A DNA stretch of 64,000 nt from an uncultured Actinomycetota bacterium (GCA_963717855.1 CAVQXF010000009.1:371426-435425), one strand, 5' to 3'; shown: positions 10,161 through 22,342, numbered from the stretch's first letter. Notes: generated from the sequence alone by a model not told the origin. Program-made: numbers and translations.

Positions 10161-11789
10161 TCAGGGATTCACGGACCGCACCGTCCTCCCAGGTGTTGCC
10201 CGCGCCAGACGTTGCCCGGCGCCGATCGGTCGAAGTCCATGATCGGCGCCCAGACGCCGCAGTTCCCGGTGATCGGCCGCGCTGGAAGACGTTGTCGAGG
10301 AACCGGATGTTGTTGACGCCTGCCGGAGTAGCGGCTTGCCGCCGGAGGACCCGCCGTAGGCGCAGGTGCCGCCGGTCGAGGCGAGGAAGAGGTTGCCCTG
10401 CACGAGCACGTCGCGCACCACGGTCGCGAAGTCGCCGTACCCGGTGAGCCCGGCCGAGCAGCCCGCGTCCGGCGGCACGTCCGGGGCGTCGCAGGTGATC
10501 GTGTTGTGCGACGATCGTGTTGTCGGCGCCCATCCGGATCCCGGACTCGTGGTAGCGTCCCGGTCTCGTCGCGTGAACTGGCCGTGGACGTAGGAGTCGC
10601 GGACCTGCAGTCCAGCCAGCAGTTGATCGACCGGTTGCCGCCCGGTCACCTCGACGCGGGTAGCGACGAACCCGACGCTGCCGATGCCGGTGCCCGCTCG
10701 GTCGCCGACGCGCACCTCGCTGTCCTGGATGACGAAATCGATACCTGTCGATGTTCTCGTCGTTCGCGACCGTGCCGTTGACGATGGAGTCGCGGATCAC
10801 GACGCCGGCCGCCGCGATGTTCAGGTCGCAGTCCACGGTCTTGCCCGGCGATGACGGTGCCGCGGTCGTGATCGACACGGGCCGTTGTACGGCGTGAGCG
10901 TGGTCCCGGCGGGTACGCCTGTGTTCGCGGCGTCGGGAAAGCCTCCGGCAGGAGGAGTCGTCGGCGAAGGTGTCGGAGTGGGAGTAGGAGTAGCGGTTTC
11001 CGTCGGCGGCTCAGTCGGTGTCGCGCTCGGCGAGGTCGACGGAGACTGCGTCGGCGGGGTCGACGGGGAATCGGTGGGCGTCGACGTAGGCGTGTCAGTC
11101 GGCGACCCTGTGGGCGACGACGTAGGGGACTCGGACGGTGAGGTTGACGGGGACTCCGACGGCGACGGCGACTCGGACTCGCCCGACTCGTCGTCCGGCA
11201 GGAAGACGGGGTCGACGTAGTAGTTCGACCAGCGCCAGGTCTGGGTCGGGACTCCCTCGCCGTACGTGTGAACGCCCCGCCATGCCGTGAGGTCTCGGGT
11301 GACGACGGGCCGACGGGGCGTGATGCCCCACTGGTCGTCGGCGTACCGCCCGTGGGGAGCGGTGTAGGACACGACGTACCTGCGTCCCGGCTCGAGCCTG
11401 AGCGGCTCGTCGAACACGGCCGACACCCAACCGGCTCCACCGGAGCTGCTGAAGGACACGGTCCCCAGTCGCGCACCCGAGCGTGACCAGAGCTGACCTT
11501 CGTGCGGACCGGAGTTCTCCGCCGACCGGTAGAACTTCACGCCGGTCAGCTGACCGGGAACGGCCGCCGAGAACTCCACCCCGACCGTGACCGAGCTTCG
11601 GTCCGGGTCGGCAGGTACTTCGGGGACGACATCGTCAGCCCAGATGCTGTAGCCGGTCGGCACGGGGTCCGCTGCCTGGTGGACGGGACCGACGGCAACC
11701 GCCACTCCAGCGAGCAGGACGACTCCCGTGCTCACTGTCGCGACAAGTCGTCCTCGTTTGCCCAGCGTCCTACGGCGATGGCGTTTCAT
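10161..11789 (-). CDS. exported DUF4082-domain protein with S/P/T linker and C-terminal beta-helix-like domain (frameshifted)
   Basis: Signal anchor; TVGVEF..GVKFYRS..GQLWS..YVVSYTAP..NYYVDPVF; SPT-rich linker; FPDAANTGVPAGT, then repetitive beta-strand domain with CAYGGSSGGKP. Confidence 0.75.
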
Positions 11790-11874
11790 GGGGGTCACGC
11801 GATGGCTCCGATCGTGCTCGTCTCGGTAGCGACGGGCTGAGAGGGACAACATTGATCTGCGAGAGACAACCAGG

Positions 11875-13277
11875 TCATGGGCTCACGGAAGCTCCGGAGA
11901 GCCAGGCGTTGCCGACCCAGACGTTTCCGGGCGCCGAACGGTCGAAGTCCATGATCGGCGCCCAGTACCCGCAGTTGCCGGACGGGCCGCGCGAGAAGAC
12001 ATTGTCGACGAATCGGATGCCGGCCGCGGCCCCGGAGTAGGGCTTCCCACCCGACGAGCCCCCGTAGGCGCAGGTTCCGCCTGAGGACGGAGGGAAGTAG
12101 TTGCCGCTGATCACGTTGCTACGCACGGGTCCGAAGTCACCGTATCCGGTGAGTGCAGCCGAGCAGCCCGCGTCCGGAGGAACGTCGGGCGCATCGCAGG
12201 CAATGGTGTTATCGACGATGGTGGTGCGCTGGCCCATCCTGATTCCCGACTCGTGCGCGACGCCAGCGACATCGGTGTCCTGGCCATGCACCCACGAGCG
12301 TCGGATGACGCAGTCGTTGTCGCAGTTGATGCCGCGGTTGCCGCCCCGAATCTCCGAGTCGATAACGCGGAAGTGCGCGTCACCCACACCGGTGTCGAGT
12401 CGTACGCCGTTCGGCGATACGTCCAGCGTCGACCTGATCAGCGAGAAGCTGGACCGGCCTTCACCGTGAATCGTTCCGTGAACGATGGATCGCTGGATGA
12501 CCACCCCCGAGGCCCGGATCCGCAGGTCGCAACTGACCAGCTTGCGGTCGATGACGGTCTTGTTCCGGGTGATCGTGCACGGCCCGCGGTAGCGGGAGAG
12601 AGCTGTCACCGGCGGACCCCGGTCGTCGCTGATGTGGGGAACGGGCCGACGCGGGGTCGATAGACGACGTCGACGAGCGGAACTCCCAGGGTGGGCCGCC
12701 TCGGCAGAGAGATTGACTTTGAAGCCACGCCGCGAGACGTGACCAGTGATCCCCTTGACACGCGTCTTCTGGTCGGCGACGAGCATCGAACCTCGCGAGG
12801 AGGACGCGACGACGTACGCACGGCCGGGAACCACCCGCACAGCGCGAGCGAGGCGCACCGAGCGCCAACCGGTCCCGCTTGGACCGAGTGTCGTGGCCGC
12901 GGCGAGCTTCGGCCCGATTTCGTATAGGCTCAGCCTGTATCGCATGCGCTCCGCTGTCTGCGTCATAGACCCGCAATCCCTGGACTACACCGGTCCGCCG
13001 TACCCGGAACACGCTCCCGAGGGTGCGGGCCGTCGAGCGGTCCGGATGAGCGGACGGCGTCCGCGCCCACATCGAGTACGCAGCGCCGATCGCCGCCTTC
13101 GATGCGGATCGTGCAACGGGGGCAGAGCCGGCACCCGGAGCCGGAGACGGCCGTGGCGGAGCCTGGAGCACGAGACGAGCACGACTGTGACGCAGCCGAG
13201 AGCGAGGGCGGCCGAGGCCGCGCGGGGGACGAGGGGTGACAAGTGGTCTCCTGAGAGCGCCGCGGGGGAACGGCATG
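11875..13277 (-). CDS. paralogous exported beta-helix-like protein with degenerate DUF4082-like N-terminus (frameshifted; start uncertain)
   Basis: C-terminal about 250 aa closely match the neighbour (HESGIRMG, CDAPDVPPDAGCSA, GYGDF, GGTCAYGGSSGGKPY); LGSVFRVRRTGVVQGLRVY upstream. Confidence 0.65.
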
Positions 13278-13292
13278 ACGAACGTTGCGTCG

Positions 13293-15140
13293 TCAGTCTG
13301 CGTGGTCGGAGACCGATCTGAACCGGTCACAATTGGGTATATTTCGCCCCAGATCGTCCGTTTGGCCCAATTTCGTGGTTTTGGCGTCCGCCCTTGTTGC
13401 CTTGGCCACGGCACCGAGATTGACGATCAGAGCGGCCGTTCCAGGAGTCAGGGCCGTCACGCCCGAGGTGACATCGTCAAGCCACTCTGACCGAAAAATC
13501 CCTGCTTCGGCGGCGTCGCGCAGCATGGAGTCGTCCTCGCGTAGGTGTCGGGCGAGCAGACCCGAGAGCACGTCGCCGCCGGCCGGTGGCCGCCGCTCGC
13601 CGCCGAGCCGCTGCGCCGCCTTGCGGACGATCTTGCCGGCGGTGGTCCGCGTGTGCGCCGCGGCGCCGATCCACCGCGGCGAGGCATAGGTCCGCGGCGC
13701 GGGTCGTCCGTCGAGGGGGAGGGACGCCAGCTCCTCGTCCAACGAGATCTGGAGCTGTGCCAAGAACCGCGCTCCCCGTTTGTCCTCCGGGCGCAGGGCA
13801 CAGGCCGTGGAGATGAAGCGGTCGTCGAGCATCGGGTTCACGACGCGTCGCCCCCCGACGACCGCCGTCTCGGTCGCACCTGCCCACCGCTGCATCCGGT
13901 GGTCCAGATAGAGCGAGTCGGTCGCGTCGAACCAGGTCCGATGGGTCGAGGCCAAGGCACGGTGCACCTCCCGGATGGCGAGCTCGCGCGACCACGTCGC
14001 GAACTCGGGTCCAGTGCATCCGGGTCGACGGCGTCGTTGACCACCATGCGCCAGTTGGCGAGCCGCCGGGACCGCGCGAGACTGACAGGAGCATGAACAC
14101 GTGGACCGAAGTAGTAGAAACCGCGAGCGACCTCGCCCCCGAGGCCGGATATCCGCGGACCCGACGATGACATCGACTCTCGGCATAGTCGAGACCGGCT
14201 CGGCGATGGGATCCGCGGACGCCTCCAACCGACAGGCTGCGTCAGCGACCATGACGACGGCGACCTCCGGCGAGATCGCGCCCAGACCGTTGAGATCGAT
14301 GACCTCGTGCTCCATCGAGTATCGGCGCGCGAGGCCCGCCGCAATCTGGACGTCGGGGCTCTCGGGTGTACCCAACGTCATGACGCGCAGCCCCCGGCGG
14401 CGTCCGGGCTCGATCGCCGAGAGCAGCAGCCTCGAGTCTTGACCGCCGGTCAGCTGGAGGACCGCGTCCGGGTGATCGTCGAGGTAGGCAGCCAGGTAAC
14501 CGCGAAGCATGTCTCGCATGGCCGGCACGGCGAGCTCGGGCTGGACCGACTCCCGCCCGCGTTCGCTCGCGTACCGGTGGGTGCGCATGCCCCGGTCAGA
14601 CATGGTGACGGCACTTCCTGCCCCCAGCTTCGTCACGTCGCGGAAGAGAGTTCGGTCGCCGAGCTGCCAGCCGAGCAGGCTCTGGACCGCGACACCCTCC
14701 AGGTCGAAGCCGCTGTCCCCCAGCGCCCCGAGCACGCGAGCAGATGTGGAGACGGCTGCCCAGCCGATTCCGACCCGCGTGTAGAGGTGGTGGAAGCCGA
14801 GTGCGTCGGTGCACGCGACCACCGTCCCGTCGCCGCGTCGGACCACCGCCCCGAAGGTGGGCAGCATCTCCGAGAGCCCTGGGGCCGGTTGGTCGGAGAG
14901 CATCGACCCCACGTCCGTAGCCGTGACGGCACGGTCCCTCCGTCGGGACTCCTGACTGAGCAGGATCGTGGTCCCCGGTGCCAGCACCGGTCCGCCCCAC
15001 GACGACACCTGCAGCAGACCGCTTCGATCCTGGTGGGAGGCGTCGTAGAACCGCCCCACGGTCGGCGCCAGGCTCGGTCCGCGGGCGCCGTGCTCGATCC
15101 AGACGGCCGCGAAGCCAGGACCGATGGCAGCGCCGCGCAT
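13293..15140 (-). CDS. asparagine synthetase-related ATP-dependent amide ligase (frameshifted)
   Basis: TDALGFHHLY, TLFRDVTKL, PP-loop QLTGGQDSRLL, ISGLGGEVARGFYY, NPMLDDRF. Confidence 0.8.
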   Translation of the reverse strand: MRGAAIGPGFAAVWIEHGARGPSLAPTVGRFYDASHQDRSGLLQVSSWGGPVLAPGTTILLSQESRRRDRAVTATDVGSMLSDQPAPGLSEMLPTFGAVVRRGDGTVVACTDALGFHHLYTRVGIGWAAVSTSARVLGALGDSGFDLEGVAVQSLLGWQLGDRTLFRDVTKLGAGSAVTMSDRGMRTHRYASERGRESVQPELAVPAMRDMLRGYLAAYLDDHPDAVLQLTGGQDSRLLLSAIEPGRRRGLRVMTLGTPESPDVQIAAGLARRYSMEHEVIDLNGLGAISPEVAVVMVADAACRLEASADPIAEPVSTMPRVDVIVGSADIRPRGRGRSRFLLLRSTCSCSCQSRAVPAARQLAHGGQRRRRPGCTGPEFATWSRELAIREVHRALASTHRTWFDATDSLYLDHRMQRWAGATETAVVGGRRVVNPMLDDRFISTACALRPEDKRGARFLAQLQISLDEELASLPLDGRPAPRTYASPRWIGAAAHTRTTAGKIVRKAAQRLGGERRPPAGGDVLSGLLARHLREDDSMLRDAAEAGIFRSEWLDDVTSGVTALTPGTAALIVNLGAVAKATRADAKTTKLGQTDDLGRNIPNCDRFRSVSDHAD

Positions 15141-15142
15141 GG

Positions 15143-15404
15143 TCAGATGCGCTTGCTGTCGACGAACGTGGTCAAGGTGCCGACCGAGTCGAACACCTCG
15201 CCGGTGAAGTCCTCGTCATCGATGGTGATGTCGAACCTCTCCTCCAGCGCGGCCGCCAGCTCCACCACCGACAGGGAGTCGAGCTCGGGCAGCTCCCCGA
15301 GCAGCCCGGTCTGCCGCGGTGATGCTGTCGGCGCGGTCCTCGATCCCGAGGATCGTGACCAGGACGTCTCTCACATCAGCGAACGATGTCTGCGTCGTCT
15401 CCAT
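15143..15404 (-). CDS. acyl carrier protein (frameshifted)
   Basis: METTQTSFADVRDVLVTILG...LLGELPELDSLSVVELAAALEERFDITIDDEDFTGEVFDSVGTLTTFV; DSL phosphopantetheine serine. Confidence 0.88.
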
Positions 15405-15432
15405 GTGCGTGCTTCCTTTCGTTGGTGCGTCG

Positions 15433-16664
15433 TCAGACGAGGAGCTCAGCCGGTTCCGCATGACCGAGGAATCGAGTCGGGCTGGCGGTGAGCCCGTAGG
15501 CCCCCGCTTGGAACACGACGACGAGGTCGCCGGGTGCAACGGAAGGCAGTCCGATGCGGTCGGCCGAGCAGGTCGAGCGGTGTACACAGGTTGCCGACGA
15601 CAGACGCGGTGCCGATGTCGGGGTCGTCGAGTCGGTCACCGATCGCCACCGGGTAGTTACGCCGAACCACCTGGCCGAAGTTGCCGGACGCCGCGAGCTG
15701 GTGATGCATGCCACCGTCGACGACGACGTAGCGTCTGTCCTCGGGAGGTCTTCACATCGACGACGCGAGTCACGTAGACCCCAGCCTCCCCGACCAGGAA
15801 ACGCCCGAGCTCGACGACCACCGAGCGTCGGGATGAGCCGGCCGCAACGAGCTCGCTGACCAGCTCGCGCAGGTTGTCACCCACGCGTTCGAGGTCCAGT
15901 GGTTCGTCCTTGGGGAAGTACGGGATCCCGAACCCGCCACCGAGGTTGAGGTAGCGGCACCTGGGACTGGCACTTGTCGGCGAGCGCCAGCAGGAGCGTG
16001 ACGGTGCGAGCCTGAGCCTCGGCGAGGATCTCGGCCTGCAGGTTCTGCGATCCGGCGAAGAGGTGGAAGCCCTCGAACCCCAGGTCACGGTCGTCGATCA
16101 TCTCGAGCAGCGTGGGACGACCTCGACGTCGACGCCGAACTGCTGAGGCCCGCCACCCATGCGCATGCCTGAGCCACGGACGGCGAAGTCCGGGTTGACC
16201 CGTACGGCGACCCGGGGCCGGATTCCCAGCTCCGACCCAGGCCGGCCAGTCGATCGACCTCACCGCCTCGACTCCGCCTCTACGCAGCACGCCCGACGCC
16301 ACTGCCTGACGCAGCTCGCTGTCGGTCTTGCCAGGGCCGGCGAACGCCGTACGACGTGCCGGACTGCCCGCGTCCAGCGCGACCTTCATCTCGCCAGCGG
16401 ACGCCACGTCGATCCAGTCGACCTGCCCGGAGAGGTGCTGGACGACGGCCGGCATCGGGTTCGCCTTCACGGCGTAGCCGAGCTCGATGTCCGGGCCGAG
16501 CGTCCGGCGGAGGCAGCGCCGCTCGCCGAGTGATGACGTCTCGGTCGTAGGCGAAGAACGGCGTCGATCCGGCGCGCTCCGCGAGCTGCCGGATCGGCGT
16601 CCCGCCGACCAGCAGCTCACCCTCCCGGCTCCCGAAGGTCTCGACGTGGTCCTGCGACCCTCAT
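15433..16664 (-). CDS. PLP-dependent decarboxylase, diaminopimelate-decarboxylase fold (TIGR03099/BtrK-like; frameshifted)
   Basis: YAVKANP PLP lysine, DVASAGE, FAGPGKTD, GFHLFAGSQ, LNLGGGFGIPY, ELGRFLVGEAG, GGMHHQLAASGNFGQ, GNLCTPLD, GAYGLTASP. Confidence 0.88.
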
Positions 16665-18243
16665 GCCAGCGCCTCTTCCGGAGCAGCACTCGGTCGAACT
16701 TCCCGTTCGGTGAACGCGGCAGCTCCGACGAGCTGCCGGATCTCGACGGCACCATGTAGAGCGGCAGGCGTCGTCGCAGCTCCTGCTCGACCTGCTCGAC
16801 GTCGAGCCCAGCATCGTCGACAGCCGTCACCAGCAGGACGACCCGCTGACCGATTCTGGGGTCCGCGACGCCGACCGCGACGGCGTCCCGCACCAGCCCG
16901 GTCGCGTAGGCGGCCTGCTCGATCTCGGTCGGGCTGACGCGGTAACCCGGAGGTCTTGATCATGTCGTCAGTGCGGCCGACGAAGTAGAGGAAGCCGTCC
17001 TCGTCGGCGACGACCGTGTCGCCGGACCACACAGCCATCTCGGGGGCTCGCCAGGCCGGCGCGTCGACCGGGTACGGCCGAAATCGCTCCGCCGACCGCT
17101 CGGGGTCCTCCCAGTAACCAAGGGCGACCAGCGGGCCACGATGCACCAGCTCGCCCTCCTCGCCGGGGTCGCACCTGGTCCCGTCCGGCCTGAGCACCAT
17201 CACCTCGGCGTTCGGGATCGCCTTGCCGATCGAACCCGGGCCGGCGGTCGACCTCGCCGGGTCCAGGTAGGTCGAGCGGAACGCCTCCGTCAGTCCGTAC
17301 ATCAGGTAGGGGCGAGCCGCCGGGAAGATCGCGCGCAGCTCCCGCAGCGTGCCCAACGGCATTGCGCCACCGGTGTTGGCGAAGTAGCGCAGGCCAGACG
17401 CCTCCGCCGGCCACCTCTGGGCGGCAAGCTGGATCCAAAGCGGAGGGACGCAGGTCATCCCGGTCACAGCGTGCTTGACGCACAGTTCCACGACCGTCTT
17501 GGGCAACAGGTAGTTCACCAGGATGACGTGCGCACCGACCGCGAACGCCGTGGTGACCTGACTGAGCCCAGCGTCGAAGCTGAGTGGCAGAGCCGCGAGG
17601 ATCACGTCGTCGGCGGTGTTCTCGAGATAGGTGCTGACACTCTCGGCGCCGACCACGAGGTTCCGGTGACTGAGGACGACACCCTTGGGCCGACCGGTGC
17701 TTCCGGACGTGTAGAGGATCGCGGCCGGGTCCAGGTCCACCCGACCGACCTCGGCGACGGATGCGGCGAGCGAGCCGGACGCCCGGACGTCGGCGTACTC
17801 GTGGACGACCGGGCGAGTCGGAACCGCCGACTCGGACGGCGCGGCTCCGTCGACCAGTACGACATGCAGCAGGAAGGGAAGTCCTTCGACCTCCCGCGCC
17901 ACCTGCTCCCAACGGCCCCGGGTGGTGACCAGCACCCGCACGCTGGCAGTCGCCGAGCACGTACGCGACTTGGTCAGGCTTCAAGAGCGGGTTGACAGGC
18001 ACGAACACCCCGGCTGCAACCGAGGTCGCGAAGATCGTGACGACGGTCTCCGGTCGCTTGTCGAGGAGGATGCCGACGCGGTCGCCTCGGCAGACGTCCC
18101 AGCTCCAGAAAGCCCCGTGCCAGGTCGCTCGCCTCGCGACCAGCGGACGCGTACGTGCGGGTGTTGTCGCGGAAGGTGACCGCCGGCGCCGTCGGGCGGA
18201 TCGCTGCCTGCTCCGACAGCAGATGGTGCAGTTGAGTTCTCAT
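16661..18243 (-). CDS. acyl-CoA/ACP ligase (AMP-forming), TIGR03098-like (frameshifted)
   Basis: FVPVNPLLKPDQV, ILYTSGSTGRPKGV, LPLSFDAGLSQ, MYGLTEAFRSTY, GRTDDMIKTSG, PRSPNGKFDR. Confidence 0.88.
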
Positions 18244-18264
18244 TGCTTCCCCCTGAGCGCCCGT

Positions 18265-19127
18265 TCACCAGGCGACGCACGTCAGCTCGCTGTACAGGTT
18301 GTCGATCGCATCTGCGCCCAGGGTTGACTCCGGAACATCTTCGGGCGGGTGGTTCTCAGAGGCGCGATCCGGAAGGGACGGTGCCGACCACGCGCAGCTC
18401 GGCCAGGCGTGAACAGCACCCCGTGGCGCAGGAGCAGGTGGTGCGACAGGTCCGGGGCTGCCTCTGCGAAGACTTGCTGGTCGCTGACGTGCAGCAGAGA
18501 GGCAAAGATCGGTAGCCCCTTGCGGCGGTCTCGTCTGAGGATCACGTAACAGCTTCGGGTTGCGCCCTGGAGCAGGACATGCTGCGAAGCCGCCGCCCCA
18601 CGATGGTCGCGCAGGATCCGGCGCTGGTCCTCGTCGAGCTCGGACGCGATGGCGTCGAGATCGTCCACGACGCGAAATCTCGCTCGCCGCACCCGCGGAC
18701 GGTTGGGGAGGAGCGCTGTGCTCGTGTCCAGCAGCTCGAACTTCAGGCGCTGGTTGAGCGGGACCACGTTCCCGCTGGGAGAGAGGTCGGTGAAGTGGAA
18801 CCCTCGTTGAGCGAGAAGGAACCGGACCATGCGGAGGCTGTCGGCACGGTGCGCGTCAAGGACGCACCACGCGCCAAGATTGCAGAAGGACTCAGCCGTG
18901 CCCTCGATCTCGCGCCGCGAGTAGAACGCGAGATAGACGCCGACGATGCGCCCTGCCGATGTCAGCTTCACCCCGTGGTTCGGCGAGTCCACCGCCCACG
19001 GTGGCAGCATCGACCTGCTCCACTCCGCGGCGCTGAGCCGTGGGTTGAGGTGACGATGCAGGAAATGACCGACCTCGCCGACATCCTCACGCAGGATCGG
19101 CGACAGCTTGGTCGTGGAGATGCTCAC
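18265..19127 (-). CDS. GNAT-fold putative acyltransferase
   Basis: RIVGVYLAFYSRR..ESFCNLGAWCVLDAHR..TDLSPSGNVVPLNQRLKF resembles GNAT motifs A/B; sits directly upstream of the ligase. Confidence 0.55.
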
Positions 19128-19246
19128 GACCAGGAGCGTAGGAAGAGCCGGTGCGACCACGGTGTCCTTCTGCAGGGGCGTACCCAATCCTGAGGACGCT
19201 GGGTAGGACGTGAGCGGGGTGGGACTCGGACTGCGAGGGTGACGGC

Positions 19247-19907
19247 ATGACTGCTGCGCTCAACATCTGCTTCCACGGGATCGGATCGCCCGGTCGCCCG
19301 CTGGAGCCGGGTGAGGAGCGCTACTGGACTCCGACCGACGAGTTTCATCGAATCCTTGACGTCGCCGCCGACGAACCCCGCATCAGCATCAGCTTCGACG
19401 ACGGCAACGCCTCCGATGCCGAGGTCGGACTCCCCGCGCTTCTCGAGCGCAACCTGACGGCCACGTTCTTCGTGCATCGCCGGGAGGTTCGACCGGGCCG
19501 GCAGCCTCAGCTCCGACCAGGTCCGTCATCTGTCCGACCGCGGTATGCGGATCGGACTCCACGGCATGGATCACCGTCCTTGGCGCGGGCTCAGCGACTC
19601 GGAGGCGACCCGCGAGCTGGTCGACGCACGCGACCTGATCGAGGACGTGACCGCCGCACCCGTGACCGACGCCGCCCTGCCGCTCGGTCGGTACGACCGA
19701 GCCACCTTGGCCCGTCTGCGCGCTTTGGGCTACTCCGCCGTGAGCACCAGCGACCGTAGGTGGGGACGAGAAGGCGACTGGCTCCAACCCCGCTTCAGCG
19801 TGCACTGTGACGACACGGCGGAGTCGATCCGGGACTCGGTCCTGCAGCGGAACTTCTTTCGTCAAGCGCGGGCCACCGCCGTCGGAGTCGTCAAACGACT
19901 GAGGTGA
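19247..19907 (+). CDS. polysaccharide deacetylase family protein (frameshifted)
   Basis: ISFDDGNASD, ATFF, IGLHGMDHRPW, ALPLGRYD (NodB-type motifs). Confidence 0.85.
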
Positions 19908-20861
19908 CCTGACGTCGCGGCTGACGCAGCCAGCCCGGTCCGGCCTCCTCGCGGAGCTTGGCGGGGCTGAGCAGCACCGACAGTGCCGCCCTGGACGTCG
20001 GCTTCCCCAGGGCGCTCCGACTCCCCTCGCGCAGCACCAGCGCGAGCCAGAACGCGGCGGCTCGAGCCCGCCCGTGCCGGCGGCGGTAGAGGCGCAGGCG
20101 GTTGACGACCAGGAGCGGCCACAGCACGGGCGACGCCCCGGAATCGCCCTCGAGATGGGTTGCCCGGGCGGCGGGCACGAAACGCGTCGCGAATCCCGCG
20201 TCGCGAGCACGCAGATCGAAGTCCGCCTCCTCGGAGTAGAGGAAGTAGCTCTCGTCCCACGGCACCGCACTCGTCCCAGCACCGTCCGGCGATCAGCTGC
20301 GTCGATCCCTCCGCCCAGTCCGTCGTCGTCGTACGACGGTAGTGATCGTCGTCCGTGACGACCTCGCCGAGGGTCCCGATCCGCCCGGCTCGAGTGGCGC
20401 CCAGAACCGCATCAGCGAATGCCCTCAGGAGTGTGGGCTCTCGTCGCAGCGAGTCGATCCGCACGCCATGACCATCCGTCAGCCACGGAACCGCAACTCC
20501 CGTGCCCGGCTCCCCCAGGCCCGCCATCAGGGTCGGCACGCACCCTTGGTGCAGCCGGACGTCCGGGTTCAGCACCAGGACGGCAGAGTAGCTGTCTGCT
20601 GCCGCGACCGCAGCGTTGATCCCCGCGGCGTAGCCTGGCGTTGCGCCCCATGTGCACGATGCGCGCGTCGGGCGCGTGCTTCAGGATCGTCGGCACACTG
20701 TCGTCCGTGGAGGCGTTGTCGGCAACCACGAGCTGCCACGGCACATCCCCCATGCCCGCCGGCAACGAGGCGATCAGACCCGGCAGCACGTCCGCGCTGT
20801 TGTAGCTGACGACAGTGACGAGCATCGTGGCGTCATGTCGTGACGATCTATCTGCTGCCAT
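19891..20861 (-). CDS. glycosyltransferase family 2 (frameshifted)
   Basis: VTVVSYNSADVL, VADNASTDDS, LNPDV, WDESYFLYSEEADF. Confidence 0.85.
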
Positions 20862-20887
20862 CGACGGTCCACCTTCTCTCACAGCTC

Positions 20888-22330
20888 TCAGCGCTCCACG
20901 GGACGACGGCCTGTGCCAACACGCTCGCTGCCTTCTCCGGACACCGTCTGACCGGCCGCGACAGCACGCAGCTCCCGCTGCTCCTCGGCGGTCAATCGCC
21001 ACACGGCACCGCACAGGCCCGCCAGCAGGAAGGTGGCGCCGGCAGCCATCGGGAATCCCCACGCGTCGAAGGTCACGTAGCCGACGGACATGCCCAAGAT
21101 CGAGGCCGACAGGGCCAGCCCCAGGTGCCGTGACTGCTGCCAGCAGCGCGTGCTTGGCCGCACGCCGTAGCACTGAAGAAGCTGACGACGAAGAAGAGGA
21201 TGCCGGCCTCAGCCCGACGACGCCGAGCTCCACGAGAATCATCAGGTACTGGTTGTCCAGGATGCGGTAGTAGCGCGGCACGAAGGTGAAGAGACCTCGC
21301 CCGAGGATGGCGTGCTGGTCGAACAGACCCAGGACGACGGCGTAGTCACTGGTGCGACCGGAGACGCTCGGGTCGTTCTGGAGGTTGCTGAAGAGCGAGT
21401 AGAGCGTGCCGACCAGTCCTGGGATCGCCAGGCGAAGTCCGACGACCGCGACGGGCATGCGATCAGAGAGCACGGAGCCGCCATCGGGGCGGCCAGCCGC
21501 AGAGCATCACGATCATCGCCACCGCCACGACGAGGATCGCCGATCGCGAGACCGAGATGAAAGCCGCCACTCCGATGAGCGTGGCCGGCACCATCGCGAA
21601 CCGTGGCCCCACTGTGAGAGGCACGGTGCAGCGCGATCGGGAAGAGGCATCCCATCACCACCCCGAACTCGATCGGATGCACGGCCGTCGCCGAGACCCG
21701 ATTCAGGACGGACCGCGACACGACCTCACCGAAGTCGGCGTTCGCCGTCAGACCCGGGATCTGGAAGAGCGCGGCGATGTCGAAGCCGGTGAAGAACTGC
21801 ACGAGTCCGAGCGCCGCGACGAACGACCCGAGCCAGCACAGCCACTCGACCAGGAGCTCGAGGTCGCGCCAGGAGCGGAGCCCCTCGGCCGTGACCAGGA
21901 CGATCGCCCATCCAGCCGGCGAAGGAGAGCAGCCCACGGTCGGCAGCGCTGATCATCGCCGTCGTCGTCTCGTCGACCGACGGTGGGATCAGCGTCCAGA
22001 GCTCATCGGTGCGCGCGCGCATGTTGGGTGGTGCGTACCAGCCCTTCGCCATGCCGTTGACGTAGGCCGCGAGCACTGCCGCCGTCAACAGGAGCGACCA
22101 TGACCCGGGTCGGCGTCACTCCCTTGACGGGGTTCAGCCCGGCGACCGTCGCGCACACCCACCACAGGAGTGCCGGCGAGGCCCACCAGGTTGGCCGGCG
22201 TCCGGGTGCGCCGAGCGGGCCGAAGATCAGCTGCGACGGGATGCAGAGCAGCAGCACGCTGTAGGGATGACCACCGCGACCGCCGGTACCCGCCACGCGA
22301 GGCGTTCCGCGCGAGGATCCGTCTGCTCTC
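20888..22330 (-). CDS. O-antigen polymerase/ligase (Wzy-like) membrane protein (frameshifted; start approximate)
   Basis: Many TM segments; RVSATAVHPIEFGVV, DPSVSGRTSDY, LGRGLFTFVPRYYRILDNQYL. Confidence 0.75.
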
Positions 22331-22342
22331 GAGCGCCGCCGC

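Noticed and set aside
10930-11195. Tandem repeat or CRISPR-like array
   Set aside because: Imperfect codon-level repeats encoding a Ser/Pro/Thr linker; no constant repeat-spacer structure and no cas genes.
13293-19127. Lasso peptide or NRPS secondary-metabolite cluster
   Set aside because: No precursor peptide, B protein or condensation domain; the cassette is embedded among polysaccharide genes.
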